DNA from: Candidatus Bathyarchaeota archaeon
Lineage (GTDB): Archaea > Thermoproteota > Bathyarchaeia > Bathyarchaeales > Bathycorpusculaceae
Length of the DNA stretch: 64,000 nt
NCBI GenBank assembly: GCA_963760905.1
Contig: CAVXEQ010000005.1
Location: 100,310-164,309 of the forward strand
Reading direction: 5' to 3'
Shown here one piece after another: positions 38,611 to 47,559 of this stretch (position 1 is the stretch's first letter; each line of letters begins with the position of its first letter). A program made the translations under genes and the position numbers. The notes beneath the pieces are model-generated. The model saw nothing but the letters and a program-made list of their open reading frames with translations. It did no database searches and was not told the origin of the DNA.

Positions 38611-41524
38611 GTTTAGTTACTCTTTTCCCTCGTTTGAAAGCTGATGCAAACACGCCAAATTTGAAATTTACGTAAACCAAAGCCGCTAAGACCCCAACGG
38701 CTGGAAAAGCCACAATGGGAAAACTGTTTTGGCTTGAAAGGACGTCTTGAGGTGTAGCAGGGGCATCAATGACTCGGGTGTTCCAATCTTGCAGGTAGTT
38801 CTGGTGAGCCGTATCATTTGGGTAACTCTCTGAGGGCAAATAGGGGAATCCGCTCATGTTTTGGAATGGCAATGGGTCCACGGTGAAGCCGAAGCCGAAA
38901 CCCCAATTTCCGTTTGCGTCTTTGAACCAGGATGCCTCATAGAGGAAGTAATCGCGAACCATGCCTGGGGCTGGAGCAGAAAGGTTAGCTATTGGGAACT
39001 GCAGAGAGACTGCGTCGCCTTGTCTTCCGATAACGAACATATCGTCTTCGCTGAGAACCAATTGGGTTACGTTTCCGTATCTTGTCAGGTTGCCTGAGGC
39101 AGCGTCTGTCCCGGGGGTAAAATCAGGGTAAAGGTAGGCTTGCGGATCGACTTTTTGGATGGTTATGTTTTGCTGGGGGGTTGTGTCCACCGCGATGTAG
39201 TCGAATGTTACGTTCCAGAAGTTGTTGATCCTGAGCGAGTAATCGTTTGTAGGGAACAAACCTGTCAAATCAATCACGTATGTTCTGGCTGCTCCGTCGG
39301 AAGGCAGCGGGAAATCTCTGCTTTGTGGAACGGGCACCCAGTTGCCGTTTCCATCCTTCACCTCCATGTATGGAGGTGGAGTCACTTGGGTTCCGTTGGG
39401 TACTGGCTGGGCGAAGAACATGTTTAGCCAAGTGTTGTAGTCGTCGCCTGAACCCCAATCGACTATCGCACGAACAACCAGCTTAATTTGGGGGGCACCA
39501 GTCAGGTTTCCCAGGTTCAGAGTTATTGTGTTCCAAGTTATGTTGTCCCATGCAGGGCTTTGAATGCCATTTCCGCCGGAGGTGAAAACATCATCAATTT
39601 GGGAGATCTGAGGTAACACATTCTCGCCTTTCTCGTTAACGGCAGAAACTGGAGTTAGGGGTCTGTTGCTGACTGTATATATGTTGCCCATGTAGGCTGG
39701 GTCAAGATACTGCTCTTCCATTGTTGAGTAAACGCTTACGTTTGCGGGATGATCAACTACCATCATGTAAGCTTGGTCTAAGTAGAATATTTCATTCCAT
39801 TTTTGTATAAGCGTCAGGTTAAAGTTGCCGTCGGTAGATTGCATTTGACTGCTGTTTAGCGGCACGTAATCCCATGGATTATTTCTGTAGTAGGTTATGG
39901 AGCCGTCATCGTTGATGTAGTTGATGTATCCCAGCCAGCCGTGGTTGGAAACGTCTGTGACGTAAACGTAGTCGGTTCCGTTCCACATGTAAAGTGCGGG
40001 ACATGACGAGCCTCCGGTGTAAGTTGCTGTTATGCTCATGCGTTGTGTGAGGTCAAATGTTCTAGCGAGATTTGTGCTACCGTCGTCCCACTGCAGGAAT
40101 GTAATTACGCCAGTTGGGTCAGTTAACGGCATCGTAACGGTGTACTTTCCCTCTGGTAAGAGGGCTGTCCAAAATGTTGTATGCTTCTCAGTTACGCCGC
40201 TGGGCAAGGTTATGGTGAAATCTGCATCGCCACGGGGAGAAATTGCAACGCTTAGCGAGTGATAACCGTTTTTAACAACTAGGAAACCACCCTGCACCCC
40301 GTTTACATCAACCAAGTACGTTAATGAGTCTCCTCCTGGAAGAGGATCAGCAGTGACAATGAAATCTACACTTCCATCTGCGCCAGCCGCCGCCGTTAGA
40401 GTTTTAGTTTGGACTGTTTGAAGGTTATCTAAGGTTGTGCCAACTTTGAGTTTTAGTGAAAGGCTGCTGACATCGGTTCCTTGGTTAGTGCCTTTAACTG
40501 TTACCGTCACTGTTTGCCCGGCCCACACTTCGTATGGCTTAACAATCATCCCAGTTAACTTAATCGTTGAGGGATTTTGAACGCTAAGTGTTCCTGTCGC
40601 GTTACCTATCATAACTGCGTAGTTACCGTTGGCAGCTTCCGTCAAAGTAAATGCTACAGAAGTCGTTTCTCCGCCAGATAACTGAACGGTTTTGCTTCCT
40701 TTCACCTCGCCATTTACGCTGAAATCAACCGAGTAGCTACCGCTGGTTTCCCCGACGTTAGTCACTTTAGCAGTAACGCTTACGGACATTCCAGGTTCAG
40801 CGACTTCCGGGTCTATCGTTAGATTACCAACTAGGAATTCAGCGGGTTTAGGCGGTGCAGCTGCAGTGGTAATTACAAAAGTTCCATTCAAATCACCTAT
40901 CTTGAAGCTGTAAGTTCCTTCGGTCTGTTCCACAACTTCGAACAGAACGCTGGTGCTTGCTCCCAAGTCCAACTGACCCGTTTTGGTCCCTATTGCCGAG
41001 TCATTAATTGAGAGCGTTACTGAGTAGTCTGAAGTTTCTTGAGCTTTGTTAGTTACCTTGACTGTGATGCCGATGGGTTCGCCGACTTTGGCTTCAGTTC
41101 GGTTAACAGCAAGGTCAGATAACTCGAATGTGCTTGTGAGAGTAAAGGTTCCCTCCAAGGTGCCTATTCCCACTATATGGGTTCCGCTTTCTACTCCAGA
41201 AATTGTAAATTGAACCGTTTTTGTTTCTCCAGCTGCAAGCTTGATTGTTTGGGCCTGGTTTTGCGTTCCATCAAGAACTAAATTAACGGGGTAGGTTCCA
41301 GTTTCCCCTCCGGTGTTAGTTACATTAACTGACACAGTAATGGGCTGGCCTACTATTCCTGCTGGCGGATTTACATCTAAACCAACCAGTTGGATTTGAG
41401 ATGGAGAAAGGGTGGGTCCAGGCAATGAAGTAACGTAGAAGTATCCTGCTGCTGCAGAAGCAACTATTATTATGTCGATAATTAGGATAGCTTGAAGCTT
41501 ACTTATGGCAGATTTGGAGAGCAT
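38594..41524 (-). CDS. Large surface protein: N-terminal anchor, about 5 CARDB-like Ig-fold repeats, an unassigned C-terminal half and a C-terminal TM anchor
   Basis: The repeats follow the pattern V.V.VTN.G...G.Y.V.L..(N/D)G......(V/L)..GE(T/S).(T/S)V.F. The C-terminal helix is FPIVAFPAVGVLAALVYV, followed by basic residues. Confidence 0.8.
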   Translation of the reverse strand: MLSKSAISKLQAILIIDIIIVASAAAGYFYVTSLPGPTLSPSQIQLVGLDVNPPAGIVGQPITVSVNVTNTGGETGTYPVNLVLDGTQNQAQTIKLAAGETKTVQFTISGVESGTHIVGIGTLEGTFTLTSTFELSDLAVNRTEAKVGEPIGITVKVTNKAQETSDYSVTLSINDSAIGTKTGQLDLGASTSVLFEVVEQTEGTYSFKIGDLNGTFVITTAAAPPKPAEFLVGNLTIDPEVAEPGMSVSVTAKVTNVGETSGSYSVDFSVNGEVKGSKTVQLSGGETTSVAFTLTEAANGNYAVMIGNATGTLSVQNPSTIKLTGMIVKPYEVWAGQTVTVTVKGTNQGTDVSSLSLKLKVGTTLDNLQTVQTKTLTAAAGADGSVDFIVTADPLPGGDSLTYLVDVNGVQGGFLVVKNGYHSLSVAISPRGDADFTITLPSGVTEKHTTFWTALLPEGKYTVTMPLTDPTGVITFLQWDDGSTNLARTFDLTQRMSITATYTGGSSCPALYMWNGTDYVYVTDVSNHGWLGYINYINDDGSITYYRNNPWDYVPLNSSQMQSTDGNFNLTLIQKWNEIFYLDQAYMMVVDHPANVSVYSTMEEQYLDPAYMGNIYTVSNRPLTPVSAVNEKGENVLPQISQIDDVFTSGGNGIQSPAWDNITWNTITLNLGNLTGAPQIKLVVRAIVDWGSGDDYNTWLNMFFAQPVPNGTQVTPPPYMEVKDGNGNWVPVPQSRDFPLPSDGAARTYVIDLTGLFPTNDYSLRINNFWNVTFDYIAVDTTPQQNITIQKVDPQAYLYPDFTPGTDAASGNLTRYGNVTQLVLSEDDMFVIGRQGDAVSLQFPIANLSAPAPGMVRDYFLYEASWFKDANGNWGFGFGFTVDPLPFQNMSGFPYLPSESYPNDTAHQNYLQDWNTRVIDAPATPQDVLSSQNSFPIVAFPAVGVLAALVYVNFKFGVFASAFKRGKRVTKHVVAA

Positions 41525-41848
41525 GCCATGAATAGAAGGGATAGTCCTTATATAATTATACCCGAATTGAACGAACTAAAATTGTTTTGAACATAATGCT
41601 ATTTCTTCTGGCCCTCTCTAAGAAGCAAAGAGGAGACTACTCGTTTCTTCTGTGAATTTGAGGCAATTGCTTCTGGATAGCATTACAAAGTTTTTGTGTT
41701 GACTTTTCAATTTTTGCCCCAATCGTTTTCCAGGTCAACTTAAACATATGTCAACCTAACTGCCGCATTGCCTGCAAATATGCACACAACATTTTCACTT
41801 TTACTCGGGAATGTTTATATTTACTTCACCTATTTCAACATCTGTAAT

Positions 41849-42376
41849 ATGGACAAAGTGAGCACTGTGAGGCGCCAACCTTTGGAAGGAAACGAACAGC
41901 AAGCCAGTTTCGCGGATAAAATGGACGACATGGATTTCCGTATTCTTTGCCTACTGCAACAAGACTCTAGGCTGAGCTTCAATAAAATAGCAAGCAAGTT
42001 GGGGATATCAGTGGGCACGGCGTTTAACCATGTCAAAAACTTGGAGAAGAAAGGTGTTCTGAAAGGTTACACTATAATTCTGGATTCAGAGAAAGTAGGC
42101 TATGGTTTGACCACTTTAATATTGATTCAAACGGATGGTGGTCACCTCCCAGAGGTTGAAAAAGAAATCTCCAAAGCATCAAACGTTGTTGCCGTTTACG
42201 ACATAACTGGAGAGTACGATGCTGCTATAATCACTAAATTTAGAGATAGAGCAAGCCTAAGCGCTTTCTTGAAGAATTTGATGGCGACTCCTCACGTCAA
42301 ACGAACCGTGACAAGCGTTGCACTTGACATTATCAAAGAAGATCTCAGAGTCACGTTGATGGAAAGAACAAAATAA
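41849..42376 (+). CDS. Lrp/AsnC-family transcriptional regulator
   Basis: DFRILCLLQQDSRLSFNKIASKLGISVGTAFNHVKNLEKKGVL plus a RAM-type C-terminal domain. TATA-like TTTATATTT lies about 30 nt upstream of the ATG at 41849. The gene is divergent from the operon. Confidence 0.85.
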   Translation: MDKVSTVRRQPLEGNEQQASFADKMDDMDFRILCLLQQDSRLSFNKIASKLGISVGTAFNHVKNLEKKGVLKGYTIILDSEKVGYGLTTLILIQTDGGHLPEVEKEISKASNVVAVYDITGEYDAAIITKFRDRASLSAFLKNLMATPHVKRTVTSVALDIIKEDLRVTLMERTK

Positions 42377-42570
42377 TCTGACAAGAGGTTAAGGCAAAAC
42401 AATGGAACAATAACGATTGTTTTGTCATAGGTACGGTTTGATTTTTCTTCCTTTTCCTGCAAAATTTTGAAGAAGATTGAGGCATAGATATTGGTTATTT
42501 CTTCTATTGCGTGAAAACTTATTTTGAAATAAATTGTGAAAAAAGAAAGAAAAAAGGTTGCTAATTTTGG

Positions 42571-45363
42571 TTATTTTGTGCCTTTTCTTCTTCTCCATGC
42601 GATGTATTTGCCGATTTCCAGCGAGCTAAAAACGATAGCCGTAAACAGTATGGCGAATGCCCAATCCAAAGGTTCAGGAGCGTGTACACCAAATACAGCC
42701 TGAATGGGCGGCACGTAAAGCACAACTAACTGCAGCACAAACGACGAAAGTATTGCGTACCAGAGGAACTTGTTCTTGAAGACGCCAACTTTGAACACTG
42801 GATACTTCAGCGAGCGAGCGGATACAGCGTTAGCTAACTCCATCAGAATCATCGCTGTTAACAGCTGGGTTCTAGCTTCAGTGAGTTGGTAGGCACCTTC
42901 CCATGGTTTATAGAAGAAGAAGCCGAACAACAAAAGAACAGTCATCAAGATTGGCGCAAACGTGAGGTAAGCTTTCACTTCTCTGCTGAATATGCTTTCC
43001 TTTGGCTTTCGCGGTTTCTGTTCCATCAAGTCTGGGTCGCCTGGGTCTACGCCTAACGCGATGGCGGGCAAACCGTCAGTCGTGAGGTTAACCCACAGCA
43101 GTTGCACAGCCGTTAAAGCCACGGTCGCTTCGCTTATGGTGGCCGATGTTGAGCCAGGAGAGAAAATGGCCGCTAAAGTTGGAACAGAGATGACGACGAT
43201 GAACATGACGAGGATTTCCATAATGTTGCATCGGAGCAAGTACGTAAGGTATTTCTTGATGTTACCATAGATTTCGCGGCCCTCCTTCACGGCTTTCACA
43301 ATGGAGGCAAAGTTATCATCAGCCAAAACCATGTCTGCAGATTCCTTTGTAACCTCGGTCCCGGTGACACCCATAGCCACCCCTATGTCACTCATCTTCA
43401 ACGCAGGAGCATCGTTAACTCCATCGCCAGTCATGGCAACTATGTGTCCTCTGGATTTCCATGCTTGAACTATGCGCATCTTGTGCTCAGGGGAAACTCT
43501 AGCGTAAATAGCTACGTTTTCCACTTTTTCCTCCAGCTCTTGTTGGCTGAGTTTTTCAAGTTCTGGACCTGTGAGGACTCTGTCTTCTGAGTCGTTTTCG
43601 CCCAGCAGGTTAAGTTCTTTAGCTACAGCCGTTGCGGTCAGTTTATGGTCACCTGTAACCATGACCACGTTGATTCCAGCTCTCTTGCACACATTTATGG
43701 CGTCTTTTACTTCTTTTCGGGGTGGATCAATCATGCCCATAACGCCAGCAAATGTAAGGCCTTTCTCGATTTTCTCATCGAATTCTTCAAGATTCTTAGG
43801 CAACGTAGTATAAGCAAAACCTAAGTTTCGAAGCGCTTGGTTAGCCATAGCTTCAGTAACTTTGAGAACGTCTGCCCGTTTTTCTTCGGTTAATTCTTGA
43901 ACTTTTCCATCCAAGAGGATCCGGGTGCACTTTTCAAGAACTATTTCAGGGGCGCCTTTCATATAAGCGAATTTCGTATTGCCAGTCAAGTGAATAGTGG
44001 TCATGCATTTCCGTTCCGAACTGAAAGGGATTTCCGCTATGCGAGGCTCTTGGGATTCCAGAGTCTCTTTCCAGAGGTCAGCTTTCGCCGCCACTACCAC
44101 AAGCGCGCCCTCGGTTGGATCACCCTTAATTATCCACCGTTCAGTTTCGGTGTCCCTTTCGAGTTTAGCATCATTGCATAACGTTGCGATTTTCAGAAGA
44201 GTCGTAAGTTGTGGGTTAGAAGAGTATTCCTTGTTTTCCAGTTGGAATTTACCTTCTGGATCATAGCCTACCCCTGTAACTTTTATTGCTTTGTCCCCAG
44301 TGTAGATTCTCTGGACCGTCATTTCGCCCTTGGTCATGGTTCCCGTTTTGTCACTGCAAATGACGCTTGTGCAGCCCAAAGTTTCAACCGCAGGCAGTCG
44401 CTTTACTATGGTGTTGACTTTTGCCATGCGGAACATCCCTACTGCCAAGGCACCAGTAACAATAGCTGGAAGCGCTTCAGGAACAGCGGCTACTGCTAGG
44501 CTAACGGCCCAAAGAAGCATACTTATCGGGTTGCGCCCGTCAATGATACCTATTGCACCAACGCCGACGCACACTACAATTGAGAGGATACCAATCCATT
44601 TGCCGACAGTTGCCATTCGTTTCTCCAACGGAGTAGATTCTGTGTTTGCAGTTTGGACGAGTTTCGCAATTTTTCCAAATTCGGTGTTCATGCCTGTTGA
44701 CGCGACAAGCGCTTTGGCTCTGCCGTAGGCCACGATTGTGCCTGTGTAAATCATGTTTTTGCGATCGTTAAGCTGAGTATCTTCGGGAAGCGGGTTTGTA
44801 TTCTTGTTAACAGGGGCGGATTCGCCAGTTAACGCTGCTTCCTCAAGTTTAAGATTATGAGCCTCAAGCAGCCGTGCATCAGCAGCAACTTTATCGCCGG
44901 TGTAGACAAGAATTATGTCGCCTGGAACTAGTTGCGAAGCGGGAATTTTGGTTTCCTTCCCATCTCGTATTACTATTGCGCTTGGCGCAGTCATTCGTTT
45001 TAGAGCTTCAACGGCCTTTTCGCTGCGATACTCTTCAAAGAAACCCAGCGTTGCGGTTGCAATAACTATGGCGAGAATTATGAGGGCATCAATAGTTTCC
45101 CCAATGGCAACTGAAAGTCCCGTTGCAATGAGTAAGATAATCATAAGGATGTCAGTAAATTGTCCAAGAAACAACTTTATTGGGGAGGTTCCTTTTTCCT
45201 TGGTTAACTCGTTTGCTCCGTAGGTGCCAAGGCGGTTTTGTGCTTCTTGGGAGTCTAATCCTTTCTCTTCGACTTTGAGTTCTTGCATTGCTTCTTCAGG
45301 ATTTAATGCATGTAGGGATTTTGCCAAGTTGCTTTTACTCCTGTTTGCCGATAAGTTCCACAT
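42571..45363 (-). CDS. Cation-transporting P-type ATPase (type II, Ca2+/SERCA-PMCA-like)
   Basis: TGES, CSDKTGTMT and MTGDGVNDAPAL motifs, with 10 TM helices predicted. Confidence 0.93.
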   Translation of the reverse strand: MWNLSANRSKSNLAKSLHALNPEEAMQELKVEEKGLDSQEAQNRLGTYGANELTKEKGTSPIKLFLGQFTDILMIILLIATGLSVAIGETIDALIILAIVIATATLGFFEEYRSEKAVEALKRMTAPSAIVIRDGKETKIPASQLVPGDIILVYTGDKVAADARLLEAHNLKLEEAALTGESAPVNKNTNPLPEDTQLNDRKNMIYTGTIVAYGRAKALVASTGMNTEFGKIAKLVQTANTESTPLEKRMATVGKWIGILSIVVCVGVGAIGIIDGRNPISMLLWAVSLAVAAVPEALPAIVTGALAVGMFRMAKVNTIVKRLPAVETLGCTSVICSDKTGTMTKGEMTVQRIYTGDKAIKVTGVGYDPEGKFQLENKEYSSNPQLTTLLKIATLCNDAKLERDTETERWIIKGDPTEGALVVVAAKADLWKETLESQEPRIAEIPFSSERKCMTTIHLTGNTKFAYMKGAPEIVLEKCTRILLDGKVQELTEEKRADVLKVTEAMANQALRNLGFAYTTLPKNLEEFDEKIEKGLTFAGVMGMIDPPRKEVKDAINVCKRAGINVVMVTGDHKLTATAVAKELNLLGENDSEDRVLTGPELEKLSQQELEEKVENVAIYARVSPEHKMRIVQAWKSRGHIVAMTGDGVNDAPALKMSDIGVAMGVTGTEVTKESADMVLADDNFASIVKAVKEGREIYGNIKKYLTYLLRCNIMEILVMFIVVISVPTLAAIFSPGSTSATISEATVALTAVQLLWVNLTTDGLPAIALGVDPGDPDLMEQKPRKPKESIFSREVKAYLTFAPILMTVLLLFGFFFYKPWEGAYQLTEARTQLLTAMILMELANAVSARSLKYPVFKVGVFKNKFLWYAILSSFVLQLVVLYVPPIQAVFGVHAPEPLDWAFAILFTAIVFSSLEIGKYIAWRRRKGTK

Positions 45364-45622
45364 AGACAGTTATAGACTTTTCTGATTAAACACATAAAAT
45401 ATGCACAGTATTATGTAAAAAAGTTGAGCATTTGAATTTAGAATGCCGATTAATCTGCGCACATGCGTCTTAGATCTCGCAGCAGGGTCATGAGGCCGGC
45501 TTTTGATTTCTCCCAAAGTCTTCTCAGTTTCGATATCGCCGAGCTTTGATCAAATGTACCTCAACTAGCCAATTTACTGGCTTCATGTCCAGTTTTTTTA
45601 CTTTTTTATGTAAATTTTTTCT

Positions 45623-45670
45623 GTTTTTCATAAAATGTATTAACAAATCATAAATACGCTTATATTGGCA
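45623..45670 (+). promoter_or_regulatory. Conserved 48-nt promoter block (includes TATA-like CTTATATT), copy upstream of amt-1
   Basis: GTTTTTCATAAAATGTATTAACAAATCATAAATACGCTTATATTGGCA is about 85% identical to 47437-47484. Confidence 0.5.
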
Positions 45671-45695
45671 GACAACCGTTCAAAGCTAAGAAAAA

Positions 45696-47252
45696 ATGGT
45701 GAACAAAATGAAAAAGGGCAGAGTACTTAACAAAATATCGCAGACAGCAGATAAAGTGATAGCAAAGCATTCATCGGTTTTCATGAAGAAAAAATGGTTC
45801 ATACTCGCAGGCATTCTCGCAACTTGCTTAGCAATGAGCGTAGGCAGAGCCTTTGCACAAACAGGCGATCCATTGACAGATGTTGGCACTGCAGTAAGCA
45901 TGGCCTGGACTCTTGCCATGGGCGCATTAGTCTGGTTTATGCAGCTTGGTTTCGCCTTCCTAGGCGCTGGCTACATTAGACATAAAAACCAAGTCAACTA
46001 TTGGTCAAAAAGCTACATAGACTTCAGCATCGGTGTAGTTATATTTGCATTAGTCGGCTTTGCGCTCATGTTCGGTGGGTCCGGTGCAGCTTTTCCAACA
46101 GGATTTGACGGAGCAGGCAACGTAATTTACACCCCCCTCGCAGGAATAGGAAGCGGTAACTCTATCATAGGCTGGAGTGGCTTCGCTTTAACAGGGGACG
46201 CCTACAACGGCTTGACATTAACGTACTTCTTCTGGCAAGCAGTCTTCGCAGCTACCTCAGTCACAATCGTCGCGGGTATGGTCGCAGAAAGAATGAAGTT
46301 CCAAGCGTACCTCATCTACACTTTACTAATTAACATCCTTATTTACCCCGTATACGGCCACTGGGTCTGGGGTGGCGGATGGCTAGCAACATTACCTCTC
46401 GGTGTCGGTGTGAGAGACTTCGCAGGATCAGGGGTGGTTCACGCAGTCGGTGGCTTCACAGGTTTAGCTGGTGCATTTCTGATAGGCCCGAGAATAGGGA
46501 AGTTTGGCAAAGATGGCAAACCACGATCTTTCGGATACACCAACGTACCCTACATAGTCATTGGCACAATGATTCTTTTCCTTGGCTGGTTCGGCTTTAA
46601 CCCTGGAAGCACCCTAAGCACATTAGACTTCAGAACACCCGTAGTCGCAGTAAACACATACCTTGCGGGTGGCGCAGCTGCAGCCTTAGCGGTTTTCATA
46701 AGCTACTTTGACAAGAAGAACTTTAAAGGCGCCGACATCTCGGCAGTCTGTTGCGCAGCTTTGGGCGGTCTCGTAGCTATCACAGCACCCTGCGCATATG
46801 TACCTCCATGGGCGGCAATAATCATAGGCCTTGTAGCAGCTCCGATAACGATCTACGGCAACTTCTTCGTAGAGCGGAAACTGAAAATTGACGACCCTGT
46901 AGGTGCATTCGGTGTCCACGGACTCAACGGTGTCTTCGGGTTGCTTGCAGTAGGTCTCTTTGCGGACGGAACATACGGCGGAGTGCAAGGCCTCTTCATA
47001 AACGGAACTGCTGGTCTTGGACAGTTAGCTGCACAGTTGGTGGACGTATTGGTCGTTGCTGGGTTTGCGTTCGGTATGGGTCTGTTAATCTTCGGTGGAA
47101 TCAAATACACCATTGGTCTACGGGCATCAGTCAAAGATGAAACGGAAGGTCTGGACATAACAGAACACGGATTCTCTGCGTACCCCGAAGTCGTCATGAA
47201 GCCGGAAGATCCAGAGTGGCTCGGAGAAGATGCGAAAGACAAGAAGAAATAG
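45696..47252 (+). CDS. amt: Ammonium transporter (Amt family), long form
   Basis: VHAVGGFTGLAGAFLIGPR and DDPVGAFGVHGLNGVFG motifs. An alternative start at 45783 (MKKKWFIL) would give a signal-peptide-like N-terminus. Confidence 0.93.
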   Translation: MVNKMKKGRVLNKISQTADKVIAKHSSVFMKKKWFILAGILATCLAMSVGRAFAQTGDPLTDVGTAVSMAWTLAMGALVWFMQLGFAFLGAGYIRHKNQVNYWSKSYIDFSIGVVIFALVGFALMFGGSGAAFPTGFDGAGNVIYTPLAGIGSGNSIIGWSGFALTGDAYNGLTLTYFFWQAVFAATSVTIVAGMVAERMKFQAYLIYTLLINILIYPVYGHWVWGGGWLATLPLGVGVRDFAGSGVVHAVGGFTGLAGAFLIGPRIGKFGKDGKPRSFGYTNVPYIVIGTMILFLGWFGFNPGSTLSTLDFRTPVVAVNTYLAGGAAAALAVFISYFDKKNFKGADISAVCCAALGGLVAITAPCAYVPPWAAIIIGLVAAPITIYGNFFVERKLKIDDPVGAFGVHGLNGVFGLLAVGLFADGTYGGVQGLFINGTAGLGQLAAQLVDVLVVAGFAFGMGLLIFGGIKYTIGLRASVKDETEGLDITEHGFSAYPEVVMKPEDPEWLGEDAKDKKK

Positions 47253-47260
47253 CTGAAATA

Positions 47261-47299
47261 GTTGCCTTGAAAAGGCGACTTTCCCTTTTTATTTTTTTG
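47261..47299 (+). terminator. Hairpin (GTTGCCTT-GAA-AAGGCGAC) followed by a T-rich tract
   Basis: Seen directly, 9 nt after the amt-1 stop. A T-run of this kind is compatible with archaeal termination. Confidence 0.45.
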
Positions 47300-47436
47300 T
47301 TCAACTGTTTTGTGGATTTAACTGGATCTTCTTTTCTGGATGTTTTGCTGATTACTTAAATGAAATTTGTCAACAGTAAACTAGGCACAGCACTACATGT
47401 GTTCTGCATTTAGACATTTTTCTTTAAACTCTTCCA

Positions 47437-47484
47437 GTTTTTCATAAAAATTATGCACAAATCACAAACAAGCTTATATTGGCT
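47437..47484 (+). promoter_or_regulatory. Conserved 48-nt promoter block, copy upstream of the ArsB/NhaD-type permease
   Basis: GTTTTTCATAAAAATTATGCACAAATCACAAACAAGCTTATATTGGCT. Confidence 0.5.
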
Positions 47485-47559
47485 GCAGTTTCCTTTGAAG
47501 GAAACGTTCAAGGATGTTGATGAAACCTGCCGCTTGATAATCAAATCATAATCCTTCCT

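Noticed and set aside
45560-45585. TAGCCAATTTACTGG, similar to the arm (CCAATTTACCAG) next to the tRNA-Ser-like cores
   Set aside because: Only about 15 nt match and there is no adjacent tRNA-like core, so it is too short to separate from chance.
47514-47559. Short ATG ORF (MLMKPAA*) between the conserved promoter block and the GTG start of the permease, considered as evidence of an N-terminal frameshift in the permease
   Set aside because: The permease frame opens only after a stop at 47521-47523 and has a usable GTG. The evidence does not establish a frameshift.
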